Part shown: one piece after another, positions 10,260-19,340 of the stretch
Layout of the letters: each line of letters opens with the position of its first letter
Numbering within the stretch: position 1 is the first letter of the stretch
IMG/VR virus record: IMGVR_UViG_3300042878_002532
Span: 32,001-96,000 of that record
Strand: one strand, 5' to 3'
Source: a virus
Length of the DNA: 64,000 nucleotides
The notes under the pieces: model-generated
Told to the model about the DNA's origin: nothing
What the model saw: only the letters and a program-made list of their open reading frames with translations
Database searches by the model: none
Program-made: the position numbers and the translations under genes

Positions 10260-10640
10260 TCATTTTATTATTTTTGTCGTGTCTATTGCTATTACTTTTG
10301 TTTCCTTTATTTCTATAATATCTACCTTTGTCTTTGTTGTGTCTTTTATCGGTCTTCTGAATACCTTCTTAGGTATTATCTCTACAATAGGTACTATCTT
10401 TCTACTTTCTTCTAATATCTTTGATATTGAGTCTACTTTGTGTACAAGCTCTATGTTTTCGGATTTCAACATTTGTTTTTCATCAGATATTTGACTTATA
10501 TCAGATTTTAGACTTACTATCCAAAAAATTAGAACGATTGTTATAAATACCAGTGTTACTATCGAAGATGCACCGTTTGTTGTTTTGTCTCTACTTCCGT
10601 AGTTTCTTCTTCTGTTGTCGTATTTGTATCTATTATTCAT
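10260..10640 (-). CDS. Single-TM coiled-coil protein
   Basis: TM IVTLVFITIVLIFWIV followed by heptad region and DTT repeats. Confidence 0.7.
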   Translation of the reverse strand: MNNRYKYDNRRRNYGSRDKTTNGASSIVTLVFITIVLIFWIVSLKSDISQISDEKQMLKSENIELVHKVDSISKILEESRKIVPIVEIIPKKVFRRPIKDTTKTKVDIIEIKETKVIAIDTTKIIK

Positions 10641-11421
10641 CTTCTTCTGAAAAATCTTGTTCGAATGAAAGCATTAGGTTTGAGTCTTCGTGTTTAACAA
10701 GCATAAAGTTGTCAAATATGTGAAACTGAATATCATCACTATCATTCACACATCCTAAGAACTTTTTGTTTAGTATTAAGTTAGAACTTCTGTCCGCGTC
10801 GATATTGTCTATCTCCAGCTCCCATGCTGCAGTTTCTGATATCACTACCTTTCCTGCGTTTACTCCAATCTGAAGTATTTTTTCTCCGTTTATAGAAGAA
10901 AGTTTTTTGATATCAGAGAAATCGTTTTTCGCAATCGTAAAAGACCATCTACTGTTTTTCAGGTGAAGACCTTGTTCTAATTTTTGTTTGTTCATGTCTT
11001 TTATCTCGTAGTGTTCACCACCGATCCAGTTCACTTTAAGTTTACCACCAACAATCTGCAATGCTCTTGCATCCATTATACTATCATCTTCCTGAGACTC
11101 TTTGTGAGTTATCTCTATAGTCACCTTATCACTTTCCTTTAGAAAGTTTAGATTCTTCACGAACTTCTTCGCGTTTAGAATGATGATATCTATACCATAT
11201 TCCAAGTCATCTTTCATCTCGAAGAGCTCACTTGTAGGTATATTGTAGTTTTTAAATGCAAGTACGGTAGCCTTACCTAAGATAGAGTACATCATCGTGT
11301 TTCCACTTTCTATCTTAATCTTTATGTTGTCGGATATCTTAGTCAGGTCTTCTAACTTAGATATAAACTCTGGAAGCTTTTCTGATTTTATTCTGAATTT
11401 GTCTTTTCCTGTTTTTGCCAT
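10633..11421 (-). CDS. Sliding clamp (gp45/PCNA-like)
   Basis: About 262 aa from MAKTGK, two-domain alpha/beta pattern, co-oriented upstream of the polymerase. Confidence 0.6.
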   Translation of the reverse strand: MAKTGKDKFRIKSEKLPEFISKLEDLTKISDNIKIKIESGNTMMYSILGKATVLAFKNYNIPTSELFEMKDDLEYGIDIIILNAKKFVKNLNFLKESDKVTIEITHKESQEDDSIMDARALQIVGGKLKVNWIGGEHYEIKDMNKQKLEQGLHLKNSRWSFTIAKNDFSDIKKLSSINGEKILQIGVNAGKVVISETAAWELEIDNIDADRSSNLILNKKFLGCVNDSDDIQFHIFDNFMLVKHEDSNLMLSFEQDFSEEDE

Positions 11422-11492
11422 AATCAATTTTATTTCTATACATGATATAGAAAAAGTCAAATTTTGTTTATTTGTTTTTAATATATAAAGTC

Positions 11493-12020
11493 ATGATAAA
11501 TAAATGGAATGAATTCATAAGAGAGTTTGTTGAATCAACTGGATTGATTGATGCAAAAATGCAAGAGCTCAAAGATTTGATAGATGGTATGTCCGATGGA
11601 CAGAACCTTATATACGAATGGGAGAACAAAGACGACCATCAGTTATTGGTTAATTTTACTAGCGGTGATCTTTCTCTTAGATATGAGTTTGACATTGATG
11701 ATTTACACGTTACAAAAATTGCTGGTGATACTGTAGACTATAAGACTGATGTTGAGTCTATGGAAGAAGGATTAGATCTTATTGAAAAGGATATTCAATC
11801 CATCTTAGGTATTGATGAAAAAAAGACAAATAATATGAAATATTTGAAAAAATTTGAGTCTTATAATTTTGAAGACTTTACACATTCCGATATGGAAGAT
11901 GTAAAAGATTTATTAGAAGAAGGGTTAACTGCCGAAGAAATCGCAAATGAATTAGACTTTGATGTAAACAAAGTTAAACAAATAATCTCTTCTATTAGAA
12001 AGAGTGAAAAATTTAATTAA
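11493..12020 (+). CDS. Hypothetical protein with two tags and C-terminal HTH-like segment
   Basis: Start MINKWNEFIRE after TAATATATA (11479-11487); internal MKYLKKFESY at 11835; GLTAEEIANELDFDVNKVKQII. Confidence 0.7.
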   Translation: MINKWNEFIREFVESTGLIDAKMQELKDLIDGMSDGQNLIYEWENKDDHQLLVNFTSGDLSLRYEFDIDDLHVTKIAGDTVDYKTDVESMEEGLDLIEKDIQSILGIDEKKTNNMKYLKKFESYNFEDFTHSDMEDVKDLLEEGLTAEEIANELDFDVNKVKQIISSIRKSEKFN

Positions 12021-12029
12021 AAAAAAGTT

Positions 12030-12239
12030 ATGAAAAATTTATTACTATTTGAAGACTACAATGAAGTTCTTATATTAGAAAAAAATATCCCGACTAACCC
12101 AGAACTATGGGCAAAGTGCAAAGCTTCTGCCAAATCAAAATATGATGTTTGGCCATCAGCATATGCATGTGGTTTTGCTGCTAAAAAATATAAAGCAGAA
12201 GGTGGTAAATGGAAAAAAGAAAAGAAAAAGAAGAAATAA
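12030..12239 (+). CDS. Small basic protein (DUF5872-like N-half) with tag
   Basis: MKNLLLFEDY; PTNPELW...KYDVWPSAYA...YKAEGG. Confidence 0.6.
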   Translation: MKNLLLFEDYNEVLILEKNIPTNPELWAKCKASAKSKYDVWPSAYACGFAAKKYKAEGGKWKKEKKKKK

Positions 12240-12532
12240 TGGAATATTTATTATTATTTGAACAATTCATATTAGAAGAAAAGAAACCAAAAGGTGGTCT
12301 TGATAAATGGTTCAAAGAAAAGTGGGTTGATATATCTAAGACTAATGCTGATGGAACACATCCACCATGTGGTAGAGATGATGCTGATAAAGGATCTTAT
12401 CCAAAGTGTAGAAAGGTAAGAGTAGCTGCAAGGATGACTGATAAAGAGAAAAAAGCTTCAACTAGAAGAAAAAGAAAAGTTGAAAAAGAAGGCTCTAAAG
12501 GAAGTGGTAGAAAACCAAATTACGCTAAATAA
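12239..12532 (+). CDS. Small basic protein (DUF5872-like C-half) with tag
   Basis: Start MEYLLLFEQF overlapping upstream stop (TAATG); GLDKWFKEKWVD...CGR...YPKCR. Confidence 0.6.
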   Translation: MEYLLLFEQFILEEKKPKGGLDKWFKEKWVDISKTNADGTHPPCGRDDADKGSYPKCRKVRVAARMTDKEKKASTRRKRKVEKEGSKGSGRKPNYAK

Positions 12533-12552
12533 AATTTGATAAAAATAAAATA

Positions 12553-12581
12553 AAAAACCACTCATTTGAGTGGCTTTTTTT
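12553..12581. terminator. Bidirectional terminator, CCACTC/GAGTGG family
   Basis: AAAAAACCACTCA-tt-TGAGTGGCTTTTTT. Confidence 0.8.
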
Positions 12582-13650
12582 ATGCGTTATATTTGAAGTT
12601 GTGATTCTCTTCTATATTTAGAAGTGTTTGGTAAATCAACTTAACAATACTCTTAACATCGTCTTTGTGAACAGTTTCACAAGTTGTATGCATGTATTTC
12701 AAAGGAAGTGAAATCAATACAGAAGGAACTCCACCATTTGAATAAGCGAATGCATCTGTATCTGTTCCCGTCGATGTTGAACTTGCTGCCAACTGAACAG
12801 GAATATCTTTTTTATCAGCAACATCCAATACTAACTTTCTCAATTTGTTGTGTACTGCAGGTGCTCTTGTGATAACACCACCTTGACCAGCAACGTGTTC
12901 ACCTTCTTTGCTTGCGGTATAACAAGGTGATGATGTTTCATGACACACGTCTGTTATGATTGCTACATTTGGTTTGATTGTTTGAGTAACCATTTGAGCA
13001 CCTCTCAATCCAATCTCTTCCTGAACAGAGTTCACGATATAAAGTTTGAAAGGAAGTTTTTTACCTTTCTCTGATAATTTTCTAGCAACTTCTGCAATCA
13101 TGAATCCACCGATTCTGTTGTCCAATGCTCTTCCTGTGTAATAGTCTGTTCCAAGTTTCATAAACTCATCTTTAAAAGTGATTACAGTTCCAACATTAAT
13201 ACCCATTTGAAGAACTTCTTCTTTACTTGCAGCACCCACGTCGATAAAGATAGAATCTAAATCTGCTTCTTTCTTTCTATAAGAAATGTGAATAGCTGGA
13301 TGTCCAAAGATTCCGTCTATTGGTCCATTATCTCCCCAAAGTGTTACTCTCATAGAAGGAGCGATTGTAGTATCAGACCCACCGTTTCTGATTACTTTGA
13401 TATACCCTTTTGAATCGATGTGGTTTACAAACCAACTAATTTCGTCGGCATGTGCCTCAATAACTACTTTAAAGTCTGAGTCCATGTTTCCCATAATACC
13501 ATAAGCAGTACCATAGTTGTCAAGTTCTACTTTATCGACATACTTAGAGATATAGTCCATCCAAACTTTTTGACCACCTAATTCATATTCGAATCCTGTT
13601 GGTGCATTGCTGTTTAAATAGCTTTCTAAAAATTTTTCGTCTAATTTCAT
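12580..13650 (-). CDS. M42 family metallo-aminopeptidase (host-like)
   Basis: AHADEI, ALDNRIG, VQEEIGLRGA, TDVCH, TGTDTD, YMHT metal-ligand motifs. Confidence 0.92.
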   Translation of the reverse strand: MKLDEKFLESYLNSNAPTGFEYELGGQKVWMDYISKYVDKVELDNYGTAYGIMGNMDSDFKVVIEAHADEISWFVNHIDSKGYIKVIRNGGSDTTIAPSMRVTLWGDNGPIDGIFGHPAIHISYRKKEADLDSIFIDVGAASKEEVLQMGINVGTVITFKDEFMKLGTDYYTGRALDNRIGGFMIAEVARKLSEKGKKLPFKLYIVNSVQEEIGLRGAQMVTQTIKPNVAIITDVCHETSSPCYTASKEGEHVAGQGGVITRAPAVHNKLRKLVLDVADKKDIPVQLAASSTSTGTDTDAFAYSNGGVPSVLISLPLKYMHTTCETVHKDDVKSIVKLIYQTLLNIEENHNFKYNA

Positions 13651-13752
13651 TTATTTAAGTTTTTGTTTATATCTTTTTTATATGTTTTTTTTGATTATTG
13701 TTTAGAGAACAAAGGTCAATTGGTAATATATAAACAGAGTAAAACTAATAAA

Positions 13753-14109
13753 ATGATTAAATTTAGACTAAAAGAAGATTGGTATTTAGAGGATTTCTTT
13801 GATAAAGTAAAGATATACGACGCTGGTCATATCTTCTCACCAAAAGAAGACGGCAAATACATAATCAATGGACTCAATGGTGGCAAGATGTTGATGTCTT
13901 TTGATGATATGTTGAAAGCAACTAACAATGATGTGCTTCTTTTTGAGACAATAAACGAACAAGAAATAGAGCTTACTATAGAGGAAGTTCCAGAGGATAA
14001 AGATAATGAAGTAAAGAACTGGAGAATTCAGTTGGATGTAAAGACATCTCTAAAAAATCTTAAAAAAATAGAAGTTTTCATAAAAGAAAACATACAGGAA
14101 ATGCTATGA
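13753..14109 (+). CDS. Hypothetical protein
   Basis: Probable start MIKFRLKE after TAATATATA at 13724-13732. Confidence 0.7.
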   Translation: MIKFRLKEDWYLEDFFDKVKIYDAGHIFSPKEDGKYIINGLNGGKMLMSFDDMLKATNNDVLLFETINEQEIELTIEEVPEDKDNEVKNWRIQLDVKTSLKNLKKIEVFIKENIQEML

Positions 14110-15191
14110 AGATAAATACAGCAAACGTAACTTATTCTTCTATCGTTCAGATAGGAGAAAACATCAACAAAATAGAGAAGGAGACTGGTGATAAATATTT
14201 GAAACTACACCGAGGTGTGATGGATGTCACTACATTAGATATCGATTCTTTGAATTTGAATCTTGACCTTAATAATGGAAAGACTCAACAATATAGTGGT
14301 AATGATGGAAGTCCTGAATTGATTGAGACTATAAAAGAAGAGTTTGGATTAGAAGGACATGTTATTATAACACCTGGTGGAATGGCGGGATTGGATTTAC
14401 TAATCAACTCTTTAGGTGATGAAACAATCTGGATTCCAAACTATCACTGGGGATCTTGGAATAAGATACTTACTACACACGGAAAAGAAATAAAAACTTT
14501 TGATGATTTTAAAATTGATGAATTCTCACCAAGGTCAGGTACGGTTATGCTTTGTTATCCATCAAACCCAACTGGATATTGTCCTGATGTGGAAGTAATC
14601 AAAAACTTTTTGGCTAGGTCTAAAGATGTTGGGGTTACTGTTGTGTTGGATCTTCCATATTACTATTTGTTTAGTGATATGAATGATAATCTATCTGATT
14701 TCTTTTTTGATAACGTGATTGTTGTTTCATCTTTTTCAAAATCTATTGGTCTTTCAGGATACAGAGTTGGATATATCTCTACTAAAAACGAGGCGTTGTA
14801 TCAAACATTAAGAATAAGATCGTTGTACAAATACAATTCTATTTCTACTCTTCCACAGTATATAGTAAACGAACTTCTTAAAGAAAAAGTAGCAATAACT
14901 GAATATAGAAAAAAAACGGTAGATAGTATCAAAAAGAATATAATGGTTCTTGAAATGAATGGTCTATTATTCGATGAGTATCCACAGATACCTACTGGAC
15001 CTTTCGCGGTTGTGAACATTTCTTATGACGAACTTTTGAAGAATAAGATTTCAAGTGTTCCTTTAAGTAAGTTTACTTTGAACAAACAACTAAAACATGA
15101 AAATTGTAGTAGGATATCGGTGGCGGTCGACCATAAAGTCTTTTGGGAGTATTTTGAAAAGATGCTTGTAAACGAAAAAATCACTCTTTAA
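14106..15191 (+). CDS. PLP-dependent aminotransferase class I/II
   Basis: PSNPTG, DLPY, SSFSKSIGLSGYRVGY (PLP lysine), C-terminal RIS. Confidence 0.88.
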   Translation: MKINTANVTYSSIVQIGENINKIEKETGDKYLKLHRGVMDVTTLDIDSLNLNLDLNNGKTQQYSGNDGSPELIETIKEEFGLEGHVIITPGGMAGLDLLINSLGDETIWIPNYHWGSWNKILTTHGKEIKTFDDFKIDEFSPRSGTVMLCYPSNPTGYCPDVEVIKNFLARSKDVGVTVVLDLPYYYLFSDMNDNLSDFFFDNVIVVSSFSKSIGLSGYRVGYISTKNEALYQTLRIRSLYKYNSISTLPQYIVNELLKEKVAITEYRKKTVDSIKKNIMVLEMNGLLFDEYPQIPTGPFAVVNISYDELLKNKISSVPLSKFTLNKQLKHENCSRISVAVDHKVFWEYFEKMLVNEKITL

Positions 15192-15203
15192 GAGTGATTT
15201 TTT
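15175..15203. terminator. Bidirectional terminator (CACTC/GAGTG family)
   Basis: AAAAAATCACTCT-ta-AGAGTGATTTTTT overlapping convergent stops. Confidence 0.75.
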
Positions 15204-15469
15204 TATTTGAATTTAGTTATCATTTTTATCGTTCTGGTCGGAACTGTTATGCGAGGATAGCCAGTATTCTCCGGCTTTCTTATATAGGTCATTCCGTCTC
15301 TTCTTGAATCCGCCTCCACGCATAGGTATACGGTTCCGTCTTCTAGCTCTACTTTCGTGTCCACTACATTGAGATCGTAGTTTATTTCACGTACCCATAT
15401 CCATACGAGCGCCGCGAATATGCACGCACCTATTGTTGCACCTATTGTTCTAAATATATCATTTTCCAT
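15203..15469 (-). CDS. Small membrane-anchored protein
   Basis: N-terminal TM segment, 88 aa. Confidence 0.65.
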   Translation of the reverse strand: MENDIFRTIGATIGACIFAALVWIWVREINYDLNVVDTKVELEDGTVYLCVEADSRRDGMTYIRKPENTGYPRITVPTRTIKMITKFK

Positions 15470-15470
15470 A

Positions 15471-15965
15471 TTATCTTCCTAAGTAGTTCATTAGTTCAAT
15501 CATATTCTTTATAGAATATCCGAATGCTTCTAAGTTTTTTACAGTATCTCTAAGAAAAGTAATGTAGGATTCAATCAACTCAATACATCTATCATTTTCT
15601 GCGATGTGTGCATCGATAAGTATTGCTTTCTCTCCCATATTAGTCTTTACTTGAAATCCGATTGCGTAGAATACAAACTTATCTTGTCTCAACTTTTTAA
15701 TCTTTGTTGTTTCCTTACTTCTTTTGTTTAAGAAGAAATTTATATTTTCGTTTATTTGTTGTCTAAACGATAAAGCAGTAGATTGTGCCTCTAATATGTA
15801 TTTAGAATTGGATGGATTTGAAAGATCCGTAGTAAGAGCCTTGAAAAGTGGCTCTACTTGTTTATTCCATTCTGCTCTTTTGTCATTGAAAAGTTCTTCC
15901 AATCTTTCATTGGTTTCTTTTGTCTTTTGTATTCTGTCTAGTTCTTCTTGATTATAAAGATTCAT
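15471..15965 (-). CDS. uvsY: UvsY-like recombination mediator
   Basis: Helical 164 aa protein ending FLRDTVKNLEAFGYSIKNMIEL, like the UvsY C-terminus. Confidence 0.6.
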   Translation of the reverse strand: MNLYNQEELDRIQKTKETNERLEELFNDKRAEWNKQVEPLFKALTTDLSNPSNSKYILEAQSTALSFRQQINENINFFLNKRSKETTKIKKLRQDKFVFYAIGFQVKTNMGEKAILIDAHIAENDRCIELIESYITFLRDTVKNLEAFGYSIKNMIELMNYLGR

Positions 15966-16380
15966 CTTCGTCTGGTAATATTTTTCTCATCTTCCATTCT
16001 CTATGGATGTTTTTGTTGAAGCAGCTTGACAAAGAGTTTTCAATCATCTCTCTGAAATTAGTCTTTAAGTTATTACTTATATATTCTTCTATGATGTCAC
16101 ACCATTTATCTAAAAGTTCTTTGTCTTCTATGGCTATTGTTGATACATCGGTATTTTCGGAAGAAAAGAATATACATTCGTTTCTTCTATCAAAATGTAT
16201 TGAAAGCCTTCCTGATATAGTTCCCCAATGGTTATTTGTTTGTGACTTTGGTTCTGTATCTATGTCGAAGCTTATCCAATAGTTTTTATGGCCGTATTTT
16301 ATGTCTTTTTGTATCGTCACACGCTCATCATCTTTATGTTTCATCATAAAAGTAATGAACTCATCTATTTCTTCTCTCAT
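15952..16380 (-). CDS. Hypothetical protein
   Basis: 142 aa ORF; TAAAC-N16-TATAC upstream on minus strand (16410-16435). Confidence 0.7.
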   Translation of the reverse strand: MREEIDEFITFMMKHKDDERVTIQKDIKYGHKNYWISFDIDTEPKSQTNNHWGTISGRLSIHFDRRNECIFFSSENTDVSTIAIEDKELLDKWCDIIEEYISNNLKTNFREMIENSLSSCFNKNIHREWKMRKILPDEDESL

Positions 16381-16436
16381 CGTTCAGATATTTGTTTTTG
16401 TACCTTATTGTATAGAAATATATAGTGATTGTTTAC

Positions 16437-16465
16437 AAAAAAACCTCTCGATTTGAGAGGTTTTG
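16437..16465. terminator. Intrinsic terminator
   Basis: AAAACCTCTC-gattt-GAGAGGTTTT. Confidence 0.75.
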
Positions 16466-16466
16466 A

Positions 16467-17195
16467 TTATTTGTAGGCTAAATTTATTGTCTCACCTGCG
16501 TATTTTCCGGTGAGTGCATTTTGGTACTCTACTATTTTATAGCTCACCATCTTCGAACCCTGTTCTGCTAGATTTAACAAATATTGTATTGATTGATTTC
16601 TTTCTTCACCAGGTGTCATATTCTTTATCTCTTCTGCGTTCTGCTGAACAACTTTCATCGCTGAGTTTGCCAAGTCTGTCACTTGTTTTCCAAAGATTGG
16701 ATTGTCTACCGATCCTCCTTTTTTCAATTGAAACAAATATGCTTGTGCTTTCATAAGAAGACCATCATCGTATTTTCCGGATCCTTCGGACTGAAGTCTT
16801 TTCAGGAATCCAATTGCGGCATCCATTACTCCTTCCGGTGGTGTAGCTTGTTTAGTCGCTGCTGCAGAACATAGAACAAAGAATAAAACTATTAGAATAA
16901 GTGTTATGATTATAGTTCTAAATAAGGCAGGGTGCTTTTCTTTGAAACTTTTTATCTTATCCAGTACCTTGTCGAAGAACTTTTTGACGAGACTAAGTGC
17001 CATCAATCCTTTCTCCATCAGTGTCAACATAAGATTTCTTATAGAATCGTTTATCTTTTCAAAGAAGTCTCCTATCTTTTTCATCCAATCCGTAAATCCT
17101 TCGTTTATAGAATCAAAATTACATAACTCATCAAGAGCTGCAAAAGTTCTTTGTTCATTTATCGAAAAGGATTCAAAATTGTTTAGATGTTTCAT
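16467..17195 (-). CDS. TM-containing hypothetical protein with N-terminal tag
   Basis: MKHLNNFESFSINE; central TM IIITLILIVLFFVLC. Confidence 0.75.
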   Translation of the reverse strand: MKHLNNFESFSINEQRTFAALDELCNFDSINEGFTDWMKKIGDFFEKINDSIRNLMLTLMEKGLMALSLVKKFFDKVLDKIKSFKEKHPALFRTIIITLILIVLFFVLCSAAATKQATPPEGVMDAAIGFLKRLQSEGSGKYDDGLLMKAQAYLFQLKKGGSVDNPIFGKQVTDLANSAMKVVQQNAEEIKNMTPGEERNQSIQYLLNLAEQGSKMVSYKIVEYQNALTGKYAGETINLAYK

Positions 17196-17791
17196 TATTT
17201 AATATCTTTTGATTCTATTAAAGTATATGTAAATGAGTTACCATGAAGTTTCGCTGCTTTCTTACAGATTTTCATAAACTCATCAAAGTCTTTAACTCTT
17301 TTGAATACTTGACAACCTTCTGACCAGTTTTCAACCCATGTTGAATCTTGTCCAGCTTTATGAATGTTGATACCATATAAACCTTCTGTGATTTTGTTTT
17401 CATCGTAGTTTAAGTCTTTGTTTGCATCTCTGTAAACTTTAACATTTTTAGCTTGACCTAATGCTTCGTATTTACCTTGGTGTAATCTGATTGTATGTGA
17501 ACCTCTATATTGATTTGGTACTAATCTAGCTACTCCGTCTTTGTTATGAAATTCCATAACTCCTTTTTTACCTGGATCTGTTGTTGCTGCCCAAATAAAA
17601 AACTTCCATTCACCATTTTCTTTAAATGATATTGTAAGATTATCATCAAATACATTTGTTACTTTTGTTCCTGTAGATGAGTTTCTTACTCCAACGATAT
17701 TTACATCGTATCCTTTGTTTGCCGCATCGTCGAACCATACATATCCTTTTGATTTAACTGCAGCCTCGATTTGTTCTCTTGTATAAGACAT
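17195..17791 (-). CDS. L,D-transpeptidase-like (YkuD-type) cell-wall enzyme
   Basis: GINIHKAG...NWSEGCQV resembles the Hx(n)SxGC catalytic motif. Confidence 0.55.
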   Translation of the reverse strand: MSYTREQIEAAVKSKGYVWFDDAANKGYDVNIVGVRNSSTGTKVTNVFDDNLTISFKENGEWKFFIWAATTDPGKKGVMEFHNKDGVARLVPNQYRGSHTIRLHQGKYEALGQAKNVKVYRDANKDLNYDENKITEGLYGINIHKAGQDSTWVENWSEGCQVFKRVKDFDEFMKICKKAAKLHGNSFTYTLIESKDIK

Positions 17792-17808
17792 TTTTTAAAT
17801 GTTATTTT

Positions 17809-18168
17809 TTATAGGCTAAAATCTTCAAAGCCTTTTATGTTTTCATCATCTCTATGTCTAGCATCATGTTCTGAGTGAGATGATTCTGGTCCACCTAATA
17901 GTGGTTTTTCTTCGTGATGTTCTTCTTCATGCTCTTCTGAATGACCTGCAAGAAAGTTGAATACTTCTTCTACATCATCCTTAGATGTTGCAATGTGGTC
18001 TAATGCCCAGTTGTGGCCGTTTGTAAGCATAGCGTCAACTTCTGCTTCATCCATTTCTAACATCTCATCAACTAATCTTTTGATTGTTTTAAGATTACCA
18101 AAGAACATATAATTTTGAGGACCACCATCATGGTCTTCTTTAAATAGTTTAAATTTTTTGATTTCCAT
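17809..18168 (-). CDS. Hypothetical protein with tag at both ends
   Basis: Probable start MEIKKFKLFKE; ends IKGFEDFSL; His/Glu-rich tract. Confidence 0.7.
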   Translation of the reverse strand: MEIKKFKLFKEDHDGGPQNYMFFGNLKTIKRLVDEMLEMDEAEVDAMLTNGHNWALDHIATSKDDVEEVFNFLAGHSEEHEEEHHEEKPLLGGPESSHSEHDARHRDDENIKGFEDFSL

Positions 18169-18179
18169 ATCGTTTACTT

Positions 18180-19340
18180 TTATTTTAGAATGTTTACTAC
18201 TTCTGGGTAGTATTTGCATATATTTTGATTCTTTCCTTCATAAGGAATGGCTGAAAGTGCGTATCTCATAGCATTTAATCTTCCAATCTTTTTGTCGTTT
18301 GAGTTTATTATAACCCAAGGTGTAGTCCTACTTGATGTAAGGTTGAACATCTGATTTTTGTAGTGTCCGATTATCTCCCATTTATCAACAACTTTGGCGT
18401 CATTCGGTGAGAACTTCCAGTATTTCAAAGGACTTTGTTGTCTTAAATCGAATCTTTTTAGTTGTTTTTCTTTGGTAATAGAGAACCAGAACTTAATAAG
18501 GTGAAGACCTTGTTTCTTTATCATTTTCTCTTCCCAATCTACCACTTTTTCCATGAAGTCTTTGTACTGATCTTCTGTACAATAACCCATTGCTGGTTCT
18601 ACTACTGCTCTGTTGTACCAAGATCTATCAAAGAATACTATTTCTCCTTCTTTAGGCATGTGTGCCTCATATCTAGCGAACCAGTTTTCTTTCTCTTCTG
18701 GAGTTGGAAGTCCTAAAGCAACTACTCTGAATCCTTTTGGATTTAAGTATTCGACGAATCTTTTTATTGTAGAACCTTTTCCTGCAGAGTCTCGTCCTTC
18801 GAATACTATAGCTATTCTCTTACCGTTCTTCAGAACCCATTCTTGAAGTTTCATAAGCTCTACTTGTATCTGATATTTCTCTGATTCGTATTCTTTTCTA
18901 GTAAGTATAGATCTCTCACCTTCGAACTCATCAAAGTGTTGAGCCTGAGCACCAGTTTTAATAACTGATATCCTGTTATCTATAGATTTGGCGAAGTCAT
19001 CAAACTGTTTTCTTATGTTACTTTTGGTATCTCTTCTTTTGAGTTCCATAAGTTGATTTATCTTCCTAAGAAGTGTGTCGATGTTTAAGTCTTGTACGAC
19101 CTCTGGAGTGAACTCGTTGTTAAGTTCTCTCATTATTATATCTACTTCGATTTTTTCAAAGGATTTGTATTCTACTTTGTTTGTTTGAAAGTTGTAGACA
19201 ATATTGTCCAATATAGAACTTTTATACTCTCCAAGTCTTGTCAGTATGTTCCTTTTTATCTGTTCGATATTTTCGGGATCCATCTTGTCAATCCTAAGCT
19301 CTTCTTTTATAAAATCCAAGAATTTACGTAAATTCTTCAT
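18180..19340 (-). CDS. ppk2: Polyphosphate kinase 2 with N-terminal extension
   Basis: FEGRDSAGKG Walker A, FDRSWYNRA, PLKYWKFSPND; start MKNLRKFLDFIKEE after TAATATATA (19361-19369, minus). Confidence 0.92.
   Translation of the reverse strand: MKNLRKFLDFIKEELRIDKMDPENIEQIKRNILTRLGEYKSSILDNIVYNFQTNKVEYKSFEKIEVDIIMRELNNEFTPEVVQDLNIDTLLRKINQLMELKRRDTKSNIRKQFDDFAKSIDNRISVIKTGAQAQHFDEFEGERSILTRKEYESEKYQIQVELMKLQEWVLKNGKRIAIVFEGRDSAGKGSTIKRFVEYLNPKGFRVVALGLPTPEEKENWFARYEAHMPKEGEIVFFDRSWYNRAVVEPAMGYCTEDQYKDFMEKVVDWEEKMIKKQGLHLIKFWFSITKEKQLKRFDLRQQSPLKYWKFSPNDAKVVDKWEIIGHYKNQMFNLTSSRTTPWVIINSNDKKIGRLNAMRYALSAIPYEGKNQNICKYYPEVVNILK

Noticed and set aside
10258-10640. Intron or intein explaining the truncated polymerase
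   Set aside because: The upstream region is fully occupied by a TM-protein gene and the clamp; no upstream polymerase exon and no intein terminal residues
12580-15191. Host chromosomal DNA or prophage boundary at the metabolic genes
   Set aside because: Flanked by the same phage promoter and terminator motifs and interleaved with virion genes; no integrase or att site seen
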